A DNA stretch of 11,643 nt from Ignavibacteria bacterium (GTDB taxonomy: Bacteria > Elusimicrobiota > Endomicrobiia > PHAN01). The first letter of the stretch is position 1; each line of letters starts with the position of its first letter. The stretch spans positions 1 through 11,643 of the forward strand of contig JBGFRZ010000085.1 in NCBI GenBank assembly GCA_041694835.1, given 5' to 3'. Of this stretch, positions 8,127-11,643 are shown in pieces. Position numbers and translations under genes: made by a program. The notes under the pieces were generated by a model, which saw only the letters and a program-made list of their open reading frames with translations, had not been told where the DNA came from and searched no databases.

Positions 8127-8209
8127 TCAGTAATCGGTTATCAGTTATCGGTAATCAGTGCTCGCCAATTATCCATTTTTTACCAATTACTGATTACAGA
8201 TTACCGATT
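8127..8209. repeat. Inverted pair of heptamer arrays (TCRGTWA)n / (TTACYGA)n
   Basis: TCAGTAA TCGGTTA TCAGTTA TCGGTAA TCAGTG (8127-8160) faces TTACCAA TTACTGA TTACAGA TTACCGA TT (8180-8209). Confidence 0.9.
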
Positions 8210-8226
8210 GCTTGATTCTTGTGCTC

Positions 8227-8266
8227 TTATCATCTTATCAACTTGTCAACCTATCAACCTATCGTA
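8227..8266. repeat. Octamer tandem repeat (YTATCAAC-like x5)
   Basis: TTATCATC TTATCAAC TTGTCAAC CTATCAAC CTATCGTA; preceded by one CTTGTGCT unit (8218-8225) identical to the carA octamer. Confidence 0.8.
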
Positions 8267-8274
8267 TTTTGCTG

Positions 8275-8727
8275 TTACAGAATCTCTTGAATCAATTCTT
8301 TCACCTTGTCTTTAATGTCATCTCTGACTTTTCTGAAAAAATCCAAATTTTTATCTTTCGGGTCTTCTATATTCCACTCAATGTGTTTATTGGCCGGCAC
8401 AAAGGGACATGTGTCCTTACAGCCCATTGATATTACATAATCAAATTTTCTTAAAGGAAGTTGAGCAAATCCCTTCGAATTGGCAGATGAAATATCTATG
8501 CCTTCTTCCCGCATTACTTTTATCGCCATTGGATTTACCCCGTTAGAAACCCGATGTGATTTAGCGTCGATCGGGATATTTCTAACAGGGTTAACTTTCC
8601 CGGATGGCTTTGAACCAGCGCTATAAGCGTCTATGAGTCCTTCGCCAAAAAAGTTGGCAAACCCCTCCGCCATTTGGCTTCTGCAAGAATTTTCCACACA
8701 CACAAATAAAATCTTTTTTTTATACAC
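8275..8727 (-). CDS. arsC: Arsenate reductase ArsC, LMW protein-tyrosine-phosphatase family
   Basis: P-loop ILFVCVENSCRSQMAEG, SAGS.P, MGC...CPFVP Cys pair and W.IEDP. The GTG start overlaps the aquaporin stop. Carries a 19-aa palindrome-derived insertion. Confidence 0.85.
   Translation of the reverse strand: MYKKKILFVCVENSCRSQMAEGFANFFGEGLIDAYSAGSKPSGKVNPVRNIPIDAKSHRVSNGVNPMAIKVMREEGIDISSANSKGFAQLPLRKFDYVISMGCKDTCPFVPANKHIEWNIEDPKDKNLDFFRKVRDDIKDKVKELIQEIL
8534..8594. repeat. Palindromic miniature element inserted in-frame in arsC
   Basis: TTTACCCCGTTAGAAA (8534-8549) and TTTCTAACAGGGTTAA (8579-8594) form a 14/16 inverted repeat; inner stem CCCGAT (8550-8555) / ATCGGG (8570-8575). Confidence 0.88.
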
Positions 8728-9367
8728 AGCAATTATTCCTCGTCGCCCTGCAAGTAGTAATTGCTAAAATTGCGCCTACAAATGGAGCGATTAAATAAAT
8801 CCAAAGTTGTTCTAAATGTCCGGAAATTAAAGCGGGAGCAAGTGACCTGGCAGGATTCATTGAGCCGCCGGTAATAGGTCCGGCAAATAGCGCTCCAATC
8901 CCAACTGTAGCTCCAACAGCAATCCCAGCCACAATGCTTTTTTCTCTGGGCAGGGCAGATGCCCTAATAATAACAAACATTAGCAAAAACGTTAATATAA
9001 TTTCGATGCCGAACGCCTTTGAAGTGGAGATGGCTGGAATTGTAGAGCCCAAAGTAGTATGCGACGGAAACAAGAGTTTTAATGATAACGAGGCAAGCAT
9101 TGCGCCCGATATTTGACTAATAATGTAGGGGAGCAACGTTTTGCCCGGCAGACGTTTCGCTAACCAAAAACCAAATGTCACCGCTGGATTAATATGCGCG
9201 CCTGAAATGTTTCCCGTGGAATAAATTACAGCGCTTACGACCAGTCCAAATACAGTCGCAATGTATACTTGATTGACTTTCCCTGTAAAATCATTGATTA
9301 TAATTGCTCCTGTACCTGCCAAAACCAATACAAATGTTCCTATAAATTCACAGATGTATTTTCTCAT
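8720..9367 (-). CDS. MIP-family channel (aquaporin/aquaglyceroporin), probably an arsenite channel
   Basis: 215 aa; EFIGTF, ISGAHINPAVT, GGSMNPARS; six hydrophobic segments. Substrate is inferred only from the coupling to arsC. Confidence 0.95.
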   Translation of the reverse strand: MRKYICEFIGTFVLVLAGTGAIIINDFTGKVNQVYIATVFGLVVSAVIYSTGNISGAHINPAVTFGFWLAKRLPGKTLLPYIISQISGAMLASLSLKLLFPSHTTLGSTIPAISTSKAFGIEIILTFLLMFVIIRASALPREKSIVAGIAVGATVGIGALFAGPITGGSMNPARSLAPALISGHLEQLWIYLIAPFVGAILAITTCRATRNNCCV

Positions 9368-9385
9368 AATGAGATTCTTAAAAAC

Positions 9386-9762
9386 TTTGCCACGAAAGTA
9401 CGAAAATCAGAAAGCATGAAGTAAATAAATTAAGAAATTGAAAAATTTTAAACCCGGACGCAGATTTTCGCAGATGCGACACAGATTGTCGCAGATATTG
9501 TCGTGAGCATCTGCGTTCATCTGTTTTGCTTCTGCGCGTATCTGCGTTAAAAAACTAACTTTGCAGAGCAGTAGTATGCAGTATGTTTGTAACATAAATA
9601 ATCGCGATTTCAAAAATTTTAAATCCGGACGCAGATTTTCACAGATGCGACGCAGATTGTCGCAGATATTGTCGTGAGCATCTGCGTTCATCTGTTTTGC
9701 TTCTGCGTGTATCTGCGTTAAATAAAAAAATTTTATTCATGATTTAGTGTTTTCGTGGTAAA
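9386..9762. repeat. Composite element: CACGAA-type terminal inverted repeats enclosing two 111-nt direct repeats of a CGCAGAT hairpin element
   Basis: Outer TTTGCCACGAAA (9386-9397) and TTTCGTGGTAAA (9751-9762) pair at 11/12. Inner copies 9441-9551 and 9612-9722 differ at 4 positions and are separated by 60 nt. Confidence 0.92.
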
Positions 9763-9793
9763 GATCTTTTTCATCGGTCTCATAACAACAAAT

Positions 9794-10606
9794 CTATCCA
9801 AATCTTCCCGTGATGTAATCTTCGGTAATCTTTTTAGATGGGGTGACGAATATCTTCTCCGTCTTATCAAATTCTATTAACTCGCCCAACATAAGAAATG
9901 CACAAAAATCTGAAATCCTTGCCGCCTGTTGCATGTTGTGAGTTACAATAGCAATCGCGTATTTCTTTTTTAATTCTCGAATCAATTCCTCAACCTTTGC
10001 TGTGGCAATCGGGTCTAAAGCCGAACACGGCTCGTCGAAAAGAATTACTTCCGGTTCAATCGCAAGTGCCCTGGCAATACATAACCGCTGCTGTTGTCCG
10101 CCGGATAAATCCAGCGCCGAGTCATTCAATCTGTCTTTTACTTCATCCCATAAAGCAGCGTCTTTTAATGACTGCTCGATTCTTCGGGCTAATTCTTCTT
10201 TATTTTTGGTCATTCCATTGATTTTAAGTCCATAAGCGACATTTTCAAAAACTGACTTTGGAAAAGGATTGGATTTTTGAAATACCATTCCTACTTTTCT
10301 TCGGACATCAACCACATCCACATCGGGAGCATAAATATTTTTTCCGTCTAACAAAATTTCTCCTCTGGCTTTTGCTCCGGGGATAATGTCATTCATTCGG
10401 TTAATTGCTCTTATAAGCGTGGACTTTCCGCAACCAGACGGACCGATAATGGCGGTAACTTTATTTTTTTCAATGTCAAGATTTACATTTTTTACCGCTC
10501 GCGTGTCCTGATACCAGATGCTCAAATCTCGAATAGAAATTCTGATGTTTTCTATTATTTCATTTTGACTTTTGACTTTTGACATTTGACTTTCTGTTTC
10601 TACCAC
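9794..10606 (-). CDS. pstB: Phosphate ABC transporter ATP-binding protein PstB
   Basis: Walker [67 protein letters not shown] and C-terminal YITGRFG. GTG start with AGGAGGAG SD at 10613-10620. Confidence 0.98.
   Translation of the reverse strand: MVETESQMSKVKSQNEIIENIRISIRDLSIWYQDTRAVKNVNLDIEKNKVTAIIGPSGCGKSTLIRAINRMNDIIPGAKARGEILLDGKNIYAPDVDVVDVRRKVGMVFQKSNPFPKSVFENVAYGLKINGMTKNKEELARRIEQSLKDAALWDEVKDRLNDSALDLSGGQQQRLCIARALAIEPEVILFDEPCSALDPIATAKVEELIRELKKKYAIAIVTHNMQQAARISDFCAFLMLGELIEFDKTEKIFVTPSKKITEDYITGRFG
10563..10590. repeat. Heptamer tandem repeat (TTTTGAC x4) in the pstB 5' end
   Basis: TTTTGAC TTTTGAC TTTTGAC ATTTGAC; encodes [10 protein letters not shown]. Confidence 0.9.
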
Positions 10607-11448
10607 TTTTTTCTCCTCCTGAACCGATTACGCATAATGATGGATACGATACTCATACTCAGCACTAAAAATAATAATATGGTGGCTGTGCCGTAGGCGA
10701 TGGGAATCTGCGTTTCGGCGTGAGTTCCCTCGGTAAGCAATCCGTAGATATGGTAAGGAAGAGCCTGAACTTCGCTAAAAATAGAGTCAGGCAGATGTAT
10801 AATATAAAATGTGGCCGCTGTAAAAAGCAAAGAAGCGGTATCTCCAGCTGCTCTGCTAATTCCCAAAATAGAGCCGGTAAGAATTGTAGAAATAGAGTTT
10901 GGAAGCACGATTTTGCGAACGGTTTGCCATTTAGTCGCCCCCAAAGCCAAAGATGCCTCGCGAAAAGATTGTGGAACTACGAGCAGCGACTCCTCGGAAG
11001 CGCGGATAATCGTCGGGAGAATCATTATTCCCAAAGTCAGACCGCCTGAAAGAATAGAGACACCAAACCCAAAAAATCTAACGAATATAGCCAACCCAAA
11101 AAGTCCAAAGACGACAGACGGCACCCCTGCCAATGTGCTTACACCGGTTCTTATAATTTGTACTATACTTCCTTGTCGAGCGTATTCTACAAGATAAATT
11201 GCTGCCATAACTCCCAAAGGAAGGGCAAAGACCACAGCCACAACCACCAAATAAAATGTGCCTACAATCGCAGGAAATATTCCACCTGCCGTCATGGCGT
11301 CTCGGGGCATCTGAGTCAGAAATTCCCAATTTATCACACCCGCTCCCCGACTGATGATAAAATACATAACACCAAAAAGAGCGAGCGATGGCAACAAAAT
11401 CGACGCGAACAACAATATTTGTAGAATAAAATCTTTAAATTTTCTCAA
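10600..11448 (-). CDS. pstA: Phosphate ABC transporter permease PstA
   Basis: [35 protein letters not shown]-like loop [14 protein letters not shown] and [11 protein letters not shown] start with GGGAG upstream; overlaps the pstB start. Confidence 0.93.
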   Translation of the reverse strand: MRKFKDFILQILLFASILLPSLALFGVMYFIISRGAGVINWEFLTQMPRDAMTAGGIFPAIVGTFYLVVVAVVFALPLGVMAAIYLVEYARQGSIVQIIRTGVSTLAGVPSVVFGLFGLAIFVRFFGFGVSILSGGLTLGIMILPTIIRASEESLLVVPQSFREASLALGATKWQTVRKIVLPNSISTILTGSILGISRAAGDTASLLFTAATFYIIHLPDSIFSEVQALPYHIYGLLTEGTHAETQIPIAYGTATILLFLVLSMSIVSIIMRNRFRRRKKW

Positions 11449-11462
11449 ACCCCCATTCTCCC

Positions 11463-11643
11463 ATTATAATTGGACGCAGATAAAGGCGGATTTGATAGAT
11501 TAAAAACCATAAAAACAATCTACTTTTATCAGAGTTATTTCTGCGTTCATCTGCGTTCTATGTTTTTCAAGCGCCTATTTTCCTATTATAATTGGACGCA
11601 GATAAAGGCGGATTTGATAGATTAAAAACCATAAAAACAATCT
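11463..11643. repeat. Second tandem pair of CGCAGAT-type hairpin elements (second copy truncated by the window end)
   Basis: 11463-11521 is identical to 11585-11643 (59 nt, offset 122). The unit runs GGACGCAGAT...ATCTGCGTTC (11472-11558). Confidence 0.9.

Noticed and set aside
8212-8430. 72-aa plus-strand ORF
   Set aside because: It starts in the octamer array and runs antisense to arsC.
9407-9691. 94-aa minus-strand ORF with an internal duplication
   Set aside because: It is a translation of the CGCAGAT repeat DNA, with no recognisable protein features.
9441-9722. CRISPR array or integron attC cassette
   Set aside because: Only two repeats of 111 nt, far too long for CRISPR, and no cas genes. 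Copy 2 ends in GTTAAAT, but there is no matching RYYYAAC inverse core and no integrase.
11449-11643. Pho box or promoter for pstA
   Set aside because: No CTGTCAT-like 11-bp-spaced direct repeats; the TATAAT hexamers are part of the duplicated element.
1-11643. Taxonomic assignment
   Set aside because: No marker gene in the window and no search possible; not supportable from the sequence alone.

Overview
An 11.6-kb bacterial chromosomal window. Seven complete genes lie on the minus strand, in transcription order pstA-pstB-aquaporin(MIP)-arsC-phoU, then carA, a membrane-bound class III adenylate cyclase, and carB. They converge on the last 30 codons of a plus-strand gene that resembles a type IIG restriction-modification enzyme. 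Three things stand out. (1) An aquaporin-arsC cassette without arsR sits inside the phosphate-uptake operon. (2) The cyclase splitting carA from carB carries a CBM48/AMPK-beta-like glycogen-binding domain predicted to be extracytoplasmic. (3) The window is densely populated by small repeat elements: period-7/8 tandem arrays of unrelated unit sequence, GTAG-type REP-like hairpins with nested palindromes, CGCAGAT and CACGAA inverted-repeat elements, and a 57-nt palindrome. Many lie in-frame inside carB, carA, arsC, pstB and phoU. All calls come from manual reading and motif recognition; no database search was run.
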